This document shows positions 48,701-61,647 of a stretch of 64,000 bases of DNA, piece by piece. The notes beneath the pieces are model-generated. The model searched no databases, was not told where the DNA came from, and saw nothing but the letters and a program-made list of their open reading frames with translations. The stretch's first letter is position 1. Each line of letters starts with the position of its first letter. Origin of the DNA: Camelus ferus (Eukaryota). Location of the stretch: positions 17,424,001 to 17,488,000 of the forward strand of contig NC_045697.1 of NCBI RefSeq assembly GCF_009834535.1, written 5' to 3'. A program made the position numbers and the translations under genes.

Positions 48701-50389
48701 ATCATTGCTATCTAACTTCCAAACATGATTTTGGTGAAATGAACACTGAATTGGAAATCAGACCTGGACAAGCTGTGCACTTGTTGTAGGTTTCCTTACC
48801 TGTAAAACAGAGTGTTTGTTAAATAACTGTCACGCTTCTTTCAAAAAGAACTTAGAATAAGACAACAAAGCTCTACAAATGCACAGAAGATCACATGCAC
48901 TCCTTGTGACCCGGGAGGCCCAGGCCCGTGGCCATGGTTAGGGAGAGCCCGGGGTGGGGGAGCTCCCAGCATCTCTCTGATGACCAGACCTCAATCCAGG
49001 GCCAAGTCTGCTACTTAGAACAAGGCCGGCAGAACACAGTCCTGTGCAGAGGTCAGCAAGACTTCCCACCCCGTGCCGTGCGCATCTTCTCTCCTGTTCA
49101 CAAAAGGCACAGAGCCGCTGGTTCTGCTGTGTTAAGGAAACCCATACTTCAGGCTTTTCTTTTCTTTCTTTCTTCATTTTTTTTTTCTGGATTCATTTAT
49201 TTTAGGTATTCTATCAATGCCATGTGCACAGCTCAGGTTAGAAGTTGTCAGCATTTCCCATTTAGGCTGCTGTTTCCAGAGGATGGTGATTTGATCGCAA
49301 CATTTGTTCTGGGTAGCAACAGGCCAAAAAGAGGTCTCAGTGCAAAAGCGTCTTCCACCCACTTAAAAACAACAGTCACCGCAACGCACTCCTTATGTGA
49401 CCAATTTAAAATGATGAAGGTTGACAAAAAGCACTGCTATGTTGAATTCTGGAAGATGCAGGGGGTTTTATCGCCATCGGTATGAAGTTCATGGCTGCAG
49501 GTCATCGAGAGTTCACTCTCTAGCATCCCAGCGCGGTCGCAGGAGCAGCCCTCTGGCCCAGTCCTTCTTTTTCCGCTTCCTCACCTTTCCGCACCTCTCC
49601 TCTCCACCGGAAGACGGACTAAGTGAGGAAGGGAGATCAGGGTTGGCGCCTCCTTTTTTGAGAGTTTGCCCAAGATGAGAGCAGGCTTGTCAGGGAGCAG
49701 GGAGGGGAAGGAGAAGACACCTGACTGTCAGGAGGCTGACGTCTCATATTTGCATACTTGGCCTGCATCACCTCCTCTGTCATCGCGAGAAGCCTGAGAA
49801 GTACGCGGAGGAACGCGGAGCTCCTGCCTGTTTCAGAGTCTGGTTCACGCAAGTGCTATTAATTGTGCACCTACTATGCGTCTTGTGCTTTGTGTCTTGC
49901 TGGGTGCGTGCACTAACGTGCTGCCTCCTCCCAGGGAGCCTCGGCTGGTGCCGAGGACAGTCACAGATGAATGAACAACTACACACGCAATTAGGACCAG
50001 GAAGGGTGACCAGAGGCCCCTTGGGGAGGCATGATTTGGAGCATCAGGTTAGAGAGGCCCTCTCCAACTTCCCAGAGAAAGTGACATTGCACTTGAGAAA
50101 GGAAGACTGGGTTGGAGGTTTGGAGAATACTCTCAGGGGCAGGTTGGAGACCAACACCATCTTTTGAACACTTAGTACATACACGTACCAGGCGTCCTGA
50201 GTTTTGTTTGTCTGAGCCTGAGTGAGATTGGATGTGAGGCTTGGATACTTATTCAAACTGCTTAAATTAAAAGAGAGATTTGTTAAAAGGGGGAATTTGG
50301 TAGAACCCACGGATCAGAAGCATAGCCAGACCTTGCCGGGAGTGGGCTAGACTATGAGTAGCTTCTTCCATCACTATCTGCGGGGGATA

Positions 50390-50780
50390 AAATCTGACAG
50401 GGTAGGGGAGGGGCTGCAGTGTTTTCTGGGGTGTTTGGCTGGAGGAGGGTGGTTGTTGTCTAAACGTTTTCTGTCTTGCTTGGTTTCCCTGTCCTGGTCA
50501 TTTTGGGAGAGAGCAGTCGTCTGTAGGACTTTTGTTCTGTACTCATTGGTGCTTCTGGATCTCTAATTTCTTTGGTATCCAATTTGGTAGATGAGAGGCA
50601 AAAAGGGAATCCAGGGAACTCATCAAATGTCATTCCTTGGACCCCAAGTTCCCTAACCAGTCAGCCTTTTTTCAGAGACTTCTTATATTTGTCCATATAA
50701 GGGCTAGTGTTTTTAGTTGTACTTGGCAGGAGGAATAGGAGAAAGAATGTCTACTGCATCTTTCTGAAAGTGGGGGTCAC
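50390..50780 (-). mobile_element. Old L1 5' end (L1M4/L1MC-like)
   Basis: gaggcaaaaagggaatccagggaactca; tttttagttgtacttggcaggaggaataggagaaagaatgtctactgcatcttt resembles the antisense 5' terminus of old L1s. Confidence 0.6.
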
Positions 50781-50789
50781 TTGGTATCT

Positions 50790-51052
50790 TTTTTGTTTTT
50801 GTTTTTTAAAAAATTATTTATTTGTTTGTTTATTTATTTATTTATGTTTATTGAATGAAAGATTCTTTAAATTCTATATTGCTTGATAATTTTCAAAAGT
50901 TTCACATATATGATTTCATATAATCCCATAATAGCCCTCCCCTCCAACCCCCTTCTTCTCCCTCCTGGTAACTGTTTGTTCTCTATATCTGTGAATCTGC
51001 TACTTATTTTGTTTATTCACTAGTTTGTTGTATTTTTTAGATTCCACATATA
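50790..51052 (-). mobile_element. L1 3'UTR fragment
   Basis: ctggtaactgtttgttctctatatctgtgaatctgc...tattttttagattccacatataa. Confidence 0.8.
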
Positions 51053-51124
51053 ATCCACTGACTTTTCTACTTAATCAGTCGGAGTCAGATTCTGTTGTTT
51101 GAAACTAAGATCTTATCTGACATA

Positions 51125-51610
51125 GAGTTCTTAATGGTGAATAACAGTAAAACCACTCCAGCTAGTTTTAGCAGAACATGACTTGTTAGGGGGTAGGAGG
51201 CAAGCCCTAGAATCTCTTGGAGAGCCAGAGAGTTGTTGTGAAACCAGCAACTGGGCCCAGACCACGTCTGGGAACAGCTGCAGTCGTGACACCCTCCGCC
51301 ACCATCATGGGGACGTCACTGGGCAGATGCTGTACATGACTTCCAGGGCCACTGCCTCTGGAGACCAGAAGATTCTGCCACCGCCTTTGCCAGGGTGAAT
51401 TCCATGTGGCACTGGCTTCACTGCATCACCGCTTCTGAGTCAAGGTCCATTGTGTGGATGTTTGCTTAGAGGTCAAGTTAATGTCTGTGCCCTGGTCGTA
51501 AGGGATGCTGGGAAAACCAGTTTTCGGCTTCTGCCTTATGAAAGTGAAGATATTTTCAAAATATAGAAGGGGTTCTGGGTGGCCCAAAGTATGACAGATG
51601 TCTACTACAG
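51125..51610 (-). mobile_element. Old MaLR LTR (MLT1-like)
   Basis: aataacagtaaaaccactccagctagttttagcaga; aagggatgctgggaaa; acagatgtctactaca. Confidence 0.55.
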
Positions 51611-52363
51611 ACTTTAACAGTGTATGTGAGGACCAAAACTAAGGGGAGGTGGGTAGAGGAGATAAAGAGGAAGAAAACATATTTGAGAAATAATGAGGTG
51701 GTAGAATCATTAAAAGCTCATAAAAGATTGGGCGTGAGACATGAATAACTGGGAAGAATCAAGTTATTGGTCAAATATCTATGATTCTAAACAAAAGATG
51801 GCTACTTATTAAGTCAGTGGCTGATGAAGAATCCAGTTACCAAGTCCTAATACTCTTGTTGGGAGTAACTTTCCTGAAGAAAAGGACAGAACACAGAGTT
51901 CACCTGTTGTTTTTCAGCATCACCAACCATTGTTATTGAACCTTTCGACAAGCCCAGCTTTAGTTTCATGGACCATGCAAGCTAAGACCTTCAGAAATAG
52001 GCTAAGCCAGGCCTCCAAGACAAACAGGCAAACATGCCTGAAGTGTGTCTATTCTCATGGTGTCATGACACATTTTTTTCCCTTATATTTATTATTCTTA
52101 TATCCCATCATCTTACAAAATGTATGTGGAAGATGTGTCATTAAAACATATCTACATACAGGGAGTAAACAAACACTAATGGAACAAAACCCCTTATCAT
52201 TACAAGGATGAAGGAACAAGAGCTGAGGAATAAGGGCCGGGAGGGTCAGGACAACTTAGAAGTGGAAATTTAGATTAAAAAGGCTAATGGACTCAAGGCC
52301 AGAACTTTGCTGTGATGTGTCTAGCACCAAGGGAGAGGAAGATGTGGATGGCTTGTGTACATG

Positions 52364-53068
52364 TGTTGCTATTATTTAACTGCAGATCCAACTGCTGACT
52401 GCTCAAAAGTCAGTAGAGGCAAGAATCAGTGGAAAGTAAGGTTGACTTTATTCTAGAGGCTGGCAACCAGGGGAGAAGTTGGACTTGTGTCCAAAGGCCA
52501 ACTCCACAGTGCTGATCAGCAGGCAAGAACTTTCAAAGAGGAGTTTCAGGGGTAGATAGGCAGAGGAGGGGGCTGCAGGCAGAACAGCACAGTCAGCTCC
52601 GACCTTCACCTTGGAGTCAGTCATGCGGTGGTGCAATCAGCATCATCTTGATTGTTTTAAGTACAGTTAATCTTCAGTTCCAGGGTCAGTTTGTTCCCAT
52701 TTCCTTGAGGCCAGTTCTGGGAATTGTGGCAGCTGATGTCATGGCCACAGTCTGGTCATCATGCAGTTAACTTCTTCCATCTGGTGGGGGTTTCAGGATC
52801 TACAAGACAGCTCAAAGGATATGGCTTAGAATATTATTTCTAGCCCTTGAGGAGGAACTAAAGGTCCTTGACTTTGTTTAATGACTAAACTATTATTATT
52901 TTGCTTTGCTTAACTATTTTGCTTTGTTTCTGTATTTTCCTATTTCTCTGATTAAACTTATTTTTTGACTAAAGTTTTTTTTACAGACAAGAGGCAGGTG
53001 GAGGACATGGCAGGGGGCTGGCGGGGTGTCTTTTCTGGGAAGGCCCCATAGGGTGCTGCTCTGTTTCA
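52364..53068 (-). mobile_element. ERV1-class solo LTR
   Basis: TG...CA ends; ctttattctagaggctggcaacc; gcatcatcttgattgttttaagtacagttaatcttcagttccaggg; end ggccccatagggtgctgctctgtttca. Confidence 0.8.
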
Positions 53069-53069
53069 T

Positions 53070-53438
53070 TGTTATGGACTAATTGTGCCCCCTCCCCATT
53101 CATCTGTTGAAGCCTTAACCCCCAACATGGTGTATTTGGAGTGAGACCTTTACAGGAGTAATTAAGGTTAAATGAGGTCATAAGGGGAGGGCTGTGACCT
53201 GACAGGATTAGTGTCTTCATAAGAAAAGATACGACAGAGCTTTGTCTCTCTCCATCATGTGAGGACACAGTGAGAAGGTACCACCCTCACGCCAGGATGA
53301 GAGGGCTCACCCGAACCTGACCAAGCTGGCACCCTGATCTCAGACTTCCAGCCTCCAGGACCATGAGACATAAAATGCTGTTGTTTGAGCCACCCAGTTG
53401 GTGGTATTTTCTTATGGCCGTCTGGTCTGACTAAGACA
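53070..53438 (+). mobile_element. MLT1A-type MaLR solo LTR
   Basis: tgttatggactaattgtgcccc...ggtaattaaggttaaatgagg-like core...gctggcaccctgatctcagacttccagcctccagg...ctgactaagaca. Confidence 0.92.
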
Positions 53439-55644
53439 TAGGTACTGTACGTCTGGTTATCAAGACAGAAAGCAAACTCTTTTCCCACTTCTGAACTCTG
53501 AAAGTAACCCAGCCTGCAGGTTACTTAGATAAGAGACATCCAACAATATATTAAAATTTGATAGTGGTTTCTCAAAACATGTAAAGATGACCTTAAACAA
53601 TTCCTGATGAAATAGCTGATGCCCGAAAGTTAAATTACAGTTCGTTGAAGAGATTTGGGGGATGAAGTCCTGTAATACAGGTTCTGAGCTTCCTAGTGGC
53701 GGGATTTGATAAGGGGCGTGCAGCCATCAGTTGGCAGTGGGAGTTCCGTTAGCATCCAGGAGTTGGCATTATTTCCAGCCCATATTTTCTGGGTGGCAGC
53801 CCACAAGTTGGAACACCCGTGAGAGCTGGTGTGTATGTGTGTGAATTTCACATGTGCCAAATGACAGCAAAGTGATGAGCACAGCTTCAGAGGAATGTCT
53901 GATCAAGGTCACACAAGAGAAGAAAAAAAACTTCAAGAGCCAGACAGGTGGGGTTGTGTGCAAAGTGGGCCCAGAAGGTGCACAGCTGGTCAAAAAAGGC
54001 AACTGAGTTTTTCAGAAGCCAATAGAGACACTGCAAGAATATTCTGCATGTTAAAACCATCCAAGGGCAGAATCCATCCAGAGGACCCCAAGTTCTCAGG
54101 CCTTACAAACTACAGTACTGTTACTCTCAGATTTCAACAATCCCATCCAAATCACAGCTAATGGTTCAAATGAAGATAGTTGATAACATCCACAAAGCAA
54201 TTCTTTAAACTAGTAATGACCGTAGCAGGACATTATCACAAGAGTTTGGAGAATGGACTGCCTCACCACTGCTGCAGAATGCAGTGTTCTTTTTTCTTTT
54301 TCATTTCCTTGGGCGTGTTTCCCAACCGTGTGTCCTTCAGCCGGGTTTCTAAATGGGTTAACAACACCCTCCTTCGAAGTGCTTGGTCAGGATATTTGTC
54401 GCTTTTTTGCAGCCATGGAAAATGCACACAGGGATTGAAAGGCCCAGTTCATGCAACATTGCTCAAAGGATTTGAGGATTCCATTACTGCACAAATCCTT
54501 TAATTAAAGTCAGTTCCTCCAGGCCCCTGTTGCCTGGGCCCAATCCACAGTGTCCCTGGCGACCTTGGGAGGGTTGATTAATTGACGAGTTGGCAGTGCA
54601 ACCATTCCTTCAAAGATCCCAAGATATATCTGCTAAAACGAAAGTGCCCCCGGACACTGTATGGGCCTGAGACTCAGTGGCTCTTAAAATTTATCTGCAA
54701 CTTCTCCCCTGTGTGACTAATGCCTGCTGCCTTCTACTCAGTGGCTGTTTCGACCCATCACCCTTCCTCTCTGAGGCAAACAACTCTTCAGCAAGGAGAT
54801 ATTTTTGGAAACTCAAGAGGGCGTTTTTGCAATTTGGCAATAAGACGTAGCATTCTCTACTGGGCCCAAGTCACTGTTGATATCAAAGGAGCCAGATTTT
54901 TGAAAAATATCTCTGCCTTGGCTTTTCAGGGATTCAGCAATAAGCAATTATATCTGGAAGCACCAACATCTAGATTCTGCTTATCAGAAGAGTGAATTGA
55001 AAGGAAACTCGGTAACAGAGGAAAGTCAGGCAGGAGCGTTTTCCCAAGGCAGCTCTTAAGGGTGACTCTGAATGTTTCTTCTTTATAATTCTGGGTATTC
55101 TCCCTTTGTCTCTGTCAGTGCTCTACTGATAAGGCTCTAGTCAAACTGAGTTCTGATTCCTCTTTTAGAAACCCAGGAAACAAGAGAATTCAAGCAAAGG
55201 CAAACTCAGAAAATTGTCTAAAGGAGAGTGACTTCTGTAAAATTTGTCCATCTGAGCACAGTGGTGGGTCTGGGCATGTGTCTTTGAGAGAAGACCCTTG
55301 AAAAAAGCTGTAGAATAGAAGGAGAACTTGGAGTTCCCAAGGCAATCCTGGAGCAAACAGTTAAGAAGGCGAAGCAGGGGAGGAGGAAGGAGGCAGAGGG
55401 CTGTTCAGTTGTGTTAGATCTCTTCTCTGTGAACCCCACCCCACCCCCGTCTTCAGAAGATCCCACCAGCTCAGGTGCTCTTTTAAAAGCCACATATATT
55501 CCAGGGTCCCACGTGGCCCAGTCTCAATTTGATGTCACAGACAAAGTAATGCAATCTGCTAGCCAAAATGAATAGCTAATTCCAAATTTTACTTGAATGC
55601 CTGTAATCTCATACAAGGACATACAGGTTAGTAAACCACACGAG

Positions 55645-55885
55645 CAGAGCTGAGAGCATGGACTCTGGGCCAGACAGCCAGAGTTTGAATTTTTGTTCTG
55701 CCGTTTACAAGCTGTGAGATCTTTGGGGAATCACTTAACCTCTCTGTGTCCTCACCTGTAAGTTGAGGATGATTATGGTACCTACTTATTAGGATGGAGA
55801 TGAGAATGAAATGAGTTAATATTTGTCAAACCCTCAAAACAGTACCTGATACATAGGAAAAGCTACATCCATGTTTGTTAAGTAA
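55645..55885 (+). mobile_element. MIR SINE
   Basis: gagcatggactctgggccagacagcc...tcacttaacctctctgtgtcctc...gaatgaaatgagttaatatttg. Confidence 0.88.
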
Positions 55886-57174
55886 ATAACATCTTAGGAC
55901 CCACTTTCTCTTAACACTCAACCCAAAAGGGTATTTCTAGTTTTCCTCTATCATTTCTTTTCATTACTTTTCTACTATTTTCTTTTACTCCCTCTCTTGG
56001 AGAAAAAGCACCACATTTTCTGATGCATTCTTCATCTTTTGATTCTTCATCTCTCCCTGACCCAGATCTGCCTACTTGGGGCCAAAAGGGGGGTTGGAGA
56101 GAATAAGACAGAAAAATGCAGAGTAAAATCCCATCAGAATTTGAGAGGATGAGGGGGTGGGAGAAGTGCCATGAATTTGCCTTTTTGGATAATACATTTC
56201 TCTTGTAGTTGACGTGAGTGACCACAGAGAACTTGAGGAGGGTGCTGAGTTTCATTTTACCCCAGGCAGCTGATTGGAGGCAGCCTGAGAAGATATGGAA
56301 CCTGAAGGCGACCTCAAGAACCTAAGATCACCTAGGAAGTCACAGAATCCTTGGCAACTTTTGCCTTGCACAGGTTCTGGCAATGCAGGAAGTGTGATCA
56401 AATTTCTTCAACATCTTGGGAGGTAGGAAATGTGAAATGCTATCAGTATACGAAAAAATGCAGAAATGGGTTTCTTTTAAAGGGAGATAAACATTTATCA
56501 GAATTCTAATAATAAGAGAGAGATAGATGGCTAGTGTTCAAGGTCTTAATCTATTGTACAGGAAGAAGGACCTTTATTAGGTTAAATAATAAGTATATAA
56601 AATATATTTGGTATATGTAAGATGCTACATCTTATACGTACCTACATATATTCATGTTTATACATAATGAGCCATATGCTTGTGTGTGTGGAAATAAATA
56701 TATTCAATAAGTAGAATGTGAAAAATATGTCTGGTTAGTATGATATATGAGCACTATGGTGAAAATATGTAAGACTCTACAATCTGGCAACCACAAGAGC
56801 AAGTGAGTGCAGGATGCAGCTGGGGACTGGCCATGTGGGTTAGTGGTCTCAGCAAAGAATGGATGAAACCAGCTTCTCTCCTAGTTACCCTGGATATTGT
56901 CCTCCTCTGCTTATGCTCCTGATATTATAATGAGTAAAATCACATGCAAATAAAGTGAAAAGGGTGGATACGGTAAGTAAGTATAGGGGATGGAATTTTA
57001 CACCAACTTTGTCATTCTTCCACTGTTTCATTAAATATGATCCCTGGGGAAGAGGAGGTTCTTTCCTCTGCCAGTGGGTAGAGCCTCAGCCTGGTCCTAT
57101 GAGCTCAACAGTCACTTTTACGTGATAAGACAGTCTTTGGTTCCTTTTAGTCATAAACACTATCAATTTTAGTC

Positions 57175-57340
57175 ATTTAAAAATGCTTAGTCCCCATAAA
57201 GGTAATGATGGCTTTCACTTTTTCAGGCATGGAAATTGAAATTTGGAGAGAATTATAGACTGGATAAAGGTCCCAGAGGTGGACAGTGGGGAAGTCAGGA
57301 TTCAAATGCATGACCCACGTCTGCATCACTTTGCAGATTA
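57175..57340 (-). mobile_element. MIR SINE (diverged)
   Basis: caggcatggaaattgaa...aaggtcccagagg...gtcaggattcaaat. Confidence 0.55.
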
Positions 57341-58349
57341 CGCTTTCTTCTCTCCACTGTGTGCGTCCAAAGAGACCCTCATCCTCTCTCCTTTCTTTCA
57401 AACCTGTTTTATCTACCTGTCGAGCAAGTGATCAGTGAAGAGTTGAAAACTAGTTGCATCCCAATCTCTTAGTATGTCCTGCATAGGTTGTTTTAGAGGC
57501 AGAACTCATGGAGTAGCATTTACCATTCTGTCCAGCTAGGAAAAGAGGGGAATGGGTTTACAAGCAGATTCCTTTACCCATGGACCATGAATGATCCTCC
57601 TAGTGGGAAGATAAGTCTATCTTTTTTTTTTTTTAGATTTTCTTTGGTGTCACTTTGTAAATTATCTTTGGGAAAATAATATGCTCATTTTAAATGTAAA
57701 AATATTTTTAATGTGTGGTTTCACTGCAAATGAATGTAGCATGAGAAAGATGTTACTGTCCATGCTACATGCTTGGTAATAGACACATTAGTGATAACAT
57801 CGACTTCCCGTTGGGAAGAGGAGTGTCCCACCGGTAAGAATGGATCACAATAACCACACCATTGTGAGTGTGTACTCCTGCCTTTCTTACCTCAAGTCTA
57901 GCCTGAATTGGAAAATACCAATGAAAAGAAGTGATGTCCACATTTACACATATTCTTTGTTTTGATTTTTATCAGTGAACATGATAAGGACTCCCACCTC
58001 CCATTCCCCTCAAAAAGCTACAGTACCCATTGTGTGGCAAAATTAAGTCTGTCCACCCTGAAAATACATTGGACAATGCAGATATTTTTCATGAGAAGTC
58101 TTGATTTTAAAAGGCTGGATCTATGCTTAAACTTGTACAGTCTTGGCACAAAATTCTTTTGTTGAAACGTCTTCCACAATTGTTTATTCACCTTTCAAGT
58201 AAAAGAAGTCATATATAGTTAGAGAAATTTGGGGAAGTCCTTGCTCTGTGGATTTGACCTAGTTTATTTGGGACTTGGAGCAGATAAAGAAAATTGAAGC
58301 AATACCTCTGACAAATGACAACACTTCTCTGGAATTGTTGACATTTCTT

Positions 58350-58565
58350 TTGATACAGTGTCCTATGTGGATGTGTTGTTTGGAGCTGCTGCAGCCATTT
58401 TGTGACCAAGAGGGGGAGGCTAAGAGAACTGTAGAGAAGTTGACCCAGAATTCTGACATTGTTGAGCTGCTGAACTAACATTGAAACTCCCTATCTTCAG
58501 ATTACCTGGTAAAAAATACATTCTTAGAATTTAAACCATTTTAGCTAGATATTTTGTTAATGACT
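58350..58565 (+). mobile_element. MLT1-type LTR 3' part
   Basis: tggagctgctgcagccattttgtgacca...tgacattgttgagctgctgaac...tttaaaccattttag. Confidence 0.7.
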
Positions 58566-59139
58566 CTCCAAAATTGGGATCTATGATTCAAACCTTGTCT
58601 TGGAGAATGCTGTTGCTCCTTGGTACAGATCTTCTCTCAGTTGGCGAAAAGCTTCAGGAGCACTTATTCTTTTGTGAATCAGCATTTAATATTTTCCAAA
58701 GGAAAAATGAAACCAATCAGATATCAAAGATGACACACTGACCATGTCAAACTATATATTATAGTCTCAACTTCTGTTTCAAGACTAACATCATTTTTAA
58801 AGTAGAAATTACTTTTGAACAGATCTAAGATTCACTCTTATTTTATTGCTCTTATTTTCCTTCTTGGAATTAATCAATAATCAAAAGTGGGAGATATGAT
58901 TTTTTAAAAGATTGAACACAGATGAAGTAAATACCTTTCTATGGTAATAAGATCATTGCATGTAATTTTTTTCCCACTTATATTTTATGAGCATTTTTTT
59001 CTTGGGGAGGGATCCTATATCTTTCTTCAGATCTTCCTATGAGTCTGGAACAGAAAAACAGTTCTATTGAGTGGATATGACAGGATGGACCATATTCAAA
59101 GCCTGAAGTTTTGTTAGCTTTCCACCTACTTTTTATTAC

Positions 59140-59550
59140 AGATGGATATTGGCTTGGTCCAAGTTCCTATACAATAGTCTATTCCTACACCTTCAGTCCA
59201 TGCCACTGTAACACAATACATCCCCATCCTGTTGATTTTAAGTGTGGCCCCATGATTTGCTTTAGTCAGTGAAATGTGAATGGAATTACTGTGCATCACT
59301 TCCAGGCAGAAACTTTAAGAGCCAGCATATGATTCATCATGTTCCCTTTCTTTCCCTCTGTGATCCTGGAGCCATGTAACAAGATGGCGCAACTGTCAGG
59401 GTTTTGTTAGGCTTGTGAGTGGCTCTGGCAAGAAGAGCTCCCTTGTCAACCCACGATGGACGTGTGGCATGAGTGAGAAATGAACTCAACTGTTTTCAGC
59501 TGCTGAGATTTTTGGGTTGTTACTGCAGCGTGACCTAGCCTATCCTGATG
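59140..59550 (+). mobile_element. MLT1H/I-like MaLR solo LTR
   Basis: catgatttgctttagtcagtgaaatgtga...cacttccaggcagaaactttaagagccag; end gctgagatttttgggttgttactgcagcgtgacctagcctatcctga. Confidence 0.85.
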
Positions 59551-59624
59551 GGTCCAGGGTCCATTTCAATCCTTCCTGCTTTATCCCTTCATACTAATGA
59601 CCCCAAACATAGAACCAAGGAAAG

Positions 59625-59830
59625 GAAGGAATTACACTTACAGAGTGCCTTCTAAGTGTCCAGGGTAATGCCAGGTGTTATTCCGAAGCCCCTTTATTTC
59701 AACTGCTCAAACAGCCCAGTGATATGGGCAGGGACTCCCAGCTTCAGCATAGGGTTTGGGAGACTAAGGCCTGGAGAAGGTTAAGTGCCCAGTGCTGGGA
59801 CCCTCAGTTACCACTGCAAAGCTGTCACTC
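59625..59830 (-). mobile_element. MIR SINE (diverged)
   Basis: acacttacagagtgccttctaagtg...gagactaaggcctggagaaggttaagtgccc. Confidence 0.55.
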
Positions 59831-60467
59831 GTTCCACTGCAGCAAGTGTCTCTCACTGAAACGCTGGCTAAGGTCATTCTGGGAGAGATGCTTTTGGATC
59901 TTAAAAAAAAATAACCTTTACTAATGACCTGGTAATTGTTTTTATAGCTTCCCAATGAAGTGTGAAGTGTTCTCAGAGACAACACAGGACAATTTCCTTT
60001 GATGGTGAAGTTTTCCAAAGGATGATTGCCTCACTCTTCTGGACCCCTGGTGCCCTGACTTCAGAGTGATATTGAACGGACGCTGAGCAGCAGGCTTGAG
60101 AACTTTGGAAAAGCTGCCAAGGTTGGGAGGAATGTTGGCTCAGCCTTGCCTATATTTTAAAGCAGTAATCCTGTCTTTCTTTTTCAAAAATGGTCACATA
60201 ATAATGTATGAACAAATAATAAATAGCTGGCATTTGTTAAGCACTTACCACGACTGGGCTCAGCACTGAAAGTCACCACCCTCTCCAACCAAAGCCCAGT
60301 TTGATGGCTGGCACGTGGTGAGGGCTCCATAAATATCTTTATAATGAATGAATTATCCCTAACGAACACTTGTTAGACCTGCTGCTTAGAGCCCCGCTCG
60401 AATACGATGACATGCCTTCTGCTCAAATGCTTGAGTTCTGCTCAAATGCACTGAAGTTATTGAGAAA

Positions 60468-60611
60468 GGGGGAGGGTATCACTCAGTGGTAGAGCACGTG
60501 CTTAGCGTGCACGAAGTCCTGGGTTCTATCCCCAGTACCTCCATTAAAAATAAATAAATAAAACCCTAATTGCCTCCCCCCCAAAGAAAATTTTAAAGAA
60601 AAAATTTTTTA
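60468..60611 (+). mobile_element. tRNA-Ala-derived SINE (camelid vic-1 type) with TSD
   Basis: gggggagggtatcactcagtggtagagcacgtgcttagcgtgcacgaagtcctgggttctatccccagtacctcc; exact TSD core aagttattga at 60454-60463 and 60612-60621. Confidence 0.93.
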
Positions 60612-60904
60612 AAGTTATTGAAAGAGGGAACAAAAGGTTACTATTTGGACAACTTGGTTGCTGAATTCACACCCAAAAGCTATTCTAAATCCCAAGAAAG
60701 TGAAAAAGTCAATTTTAATTGAAAACATTAATGATGATGCCAGCTCATGTTACAGTCAGGTCAAACTTATGGCCTAGGAGAGTTGCCTTTTGTTTGCTTT
60801 GGTACAAATAGCTGGACCCCATCTATCCAGAGCATTGGGTCCTGAGGTTAATGCCTTATTAAGATTAGGGTTCTTGATACTTTACTTACAAAGCCCCTCC
60901 CGCT

Positions 60905-61070
60905 GGTCGTCTCATTTTATTCTCACAATTTCCCCATGCAGGAGGCAGAGCAGATGTATTCATTATGAGTGGCAGCCGAGGAAGCTTAGAGACACTCAGT
61001 GAACTACCTGAATGCCACACACATACAGGGCAGAGGGGCTGGAACCTGGGACGCCAGCTCTGAGCAAGGC
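60905..61070 (-). mobile_element. MIR SINE
   Basis: tctcattttattctcacaa...gaagcttagagacactcagtgaactacctgaatgccacac. Confidence 0.65.
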
Positions 61071-61370
61071 CAGCTGTGCGCGCGGAGTGCATTGCATCAC
61101 ACTGGGCACCTTCCTTCTTCTCGACTTCTCAGAGGTCCTGGGAGTGGGGGCTAAGCAGGTGATTGTTTGTCGTACCTTCCATGTTGGCGTGCCTTTATAA
61201 ATGGTGTGTTGTTGATCTAAGGTTTACTCCATGTTCGCTGCTTGGTCAGGTACAATTTTCCCTGAAATAAGAGATAACATACTTATGATGGTTAATTCGA
61301 TGTGGCAACTTGGCTAGGCTATGGTGCCCAGTTGTTTGGTCAAATGCCAGTCTACATGTTGCTGTGAAGA

Positions 61371-61462
61371 TTTTTTTTTTAATGGAGGTAATGGGGATTG
61401 AACCCAGGACCTCCTGCATGCTAAGCATGTGCTCTACCACTGAGCTATACCCCCCAGCCCCC
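61371..61462 (-). mobile_element. Short tRNA-Ala-derived SINE (vic-1 variant)
   Basis: Reverse complement ...ggggtatagctcagtggtagagcacatgcttagcatgcaggaggtcctgggttcaatccccattacctccatt plus poly(A); flanked by aagat plus T-run on both sides. Confidence 0.92.
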
Positions 61463-61647
61463 AAGATATTTTTTTAAAAGATGTGATTAACATTTAAATC
61501 AGTAGAGTCTGAGTAAAGCAGGTTACCTTTCGTAATGTGGGTGGACCTCAGCCAATTAGTTCAAGGCTTTAAGAGAAAAAGGTCAAGGTCCCTGAAGAAG
61601 AAGGAATTCTGCCTCCTGACTCCCTTTGGACTCAAGACTGCAATATT

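Noticed and set aside
48928..49485. 185-aa ORF
   Set aside because: Non-ATG start, crosses T-runs, no domain or exon boundaries; treated as chance.
60417..60449. Direct repeat ttctgctcaaatgc twice, and similar short duplications near 16609 and 42917
   Set aside because: Simple slippage duplications; no spacer array or cas genes, so not CRISPR-like.
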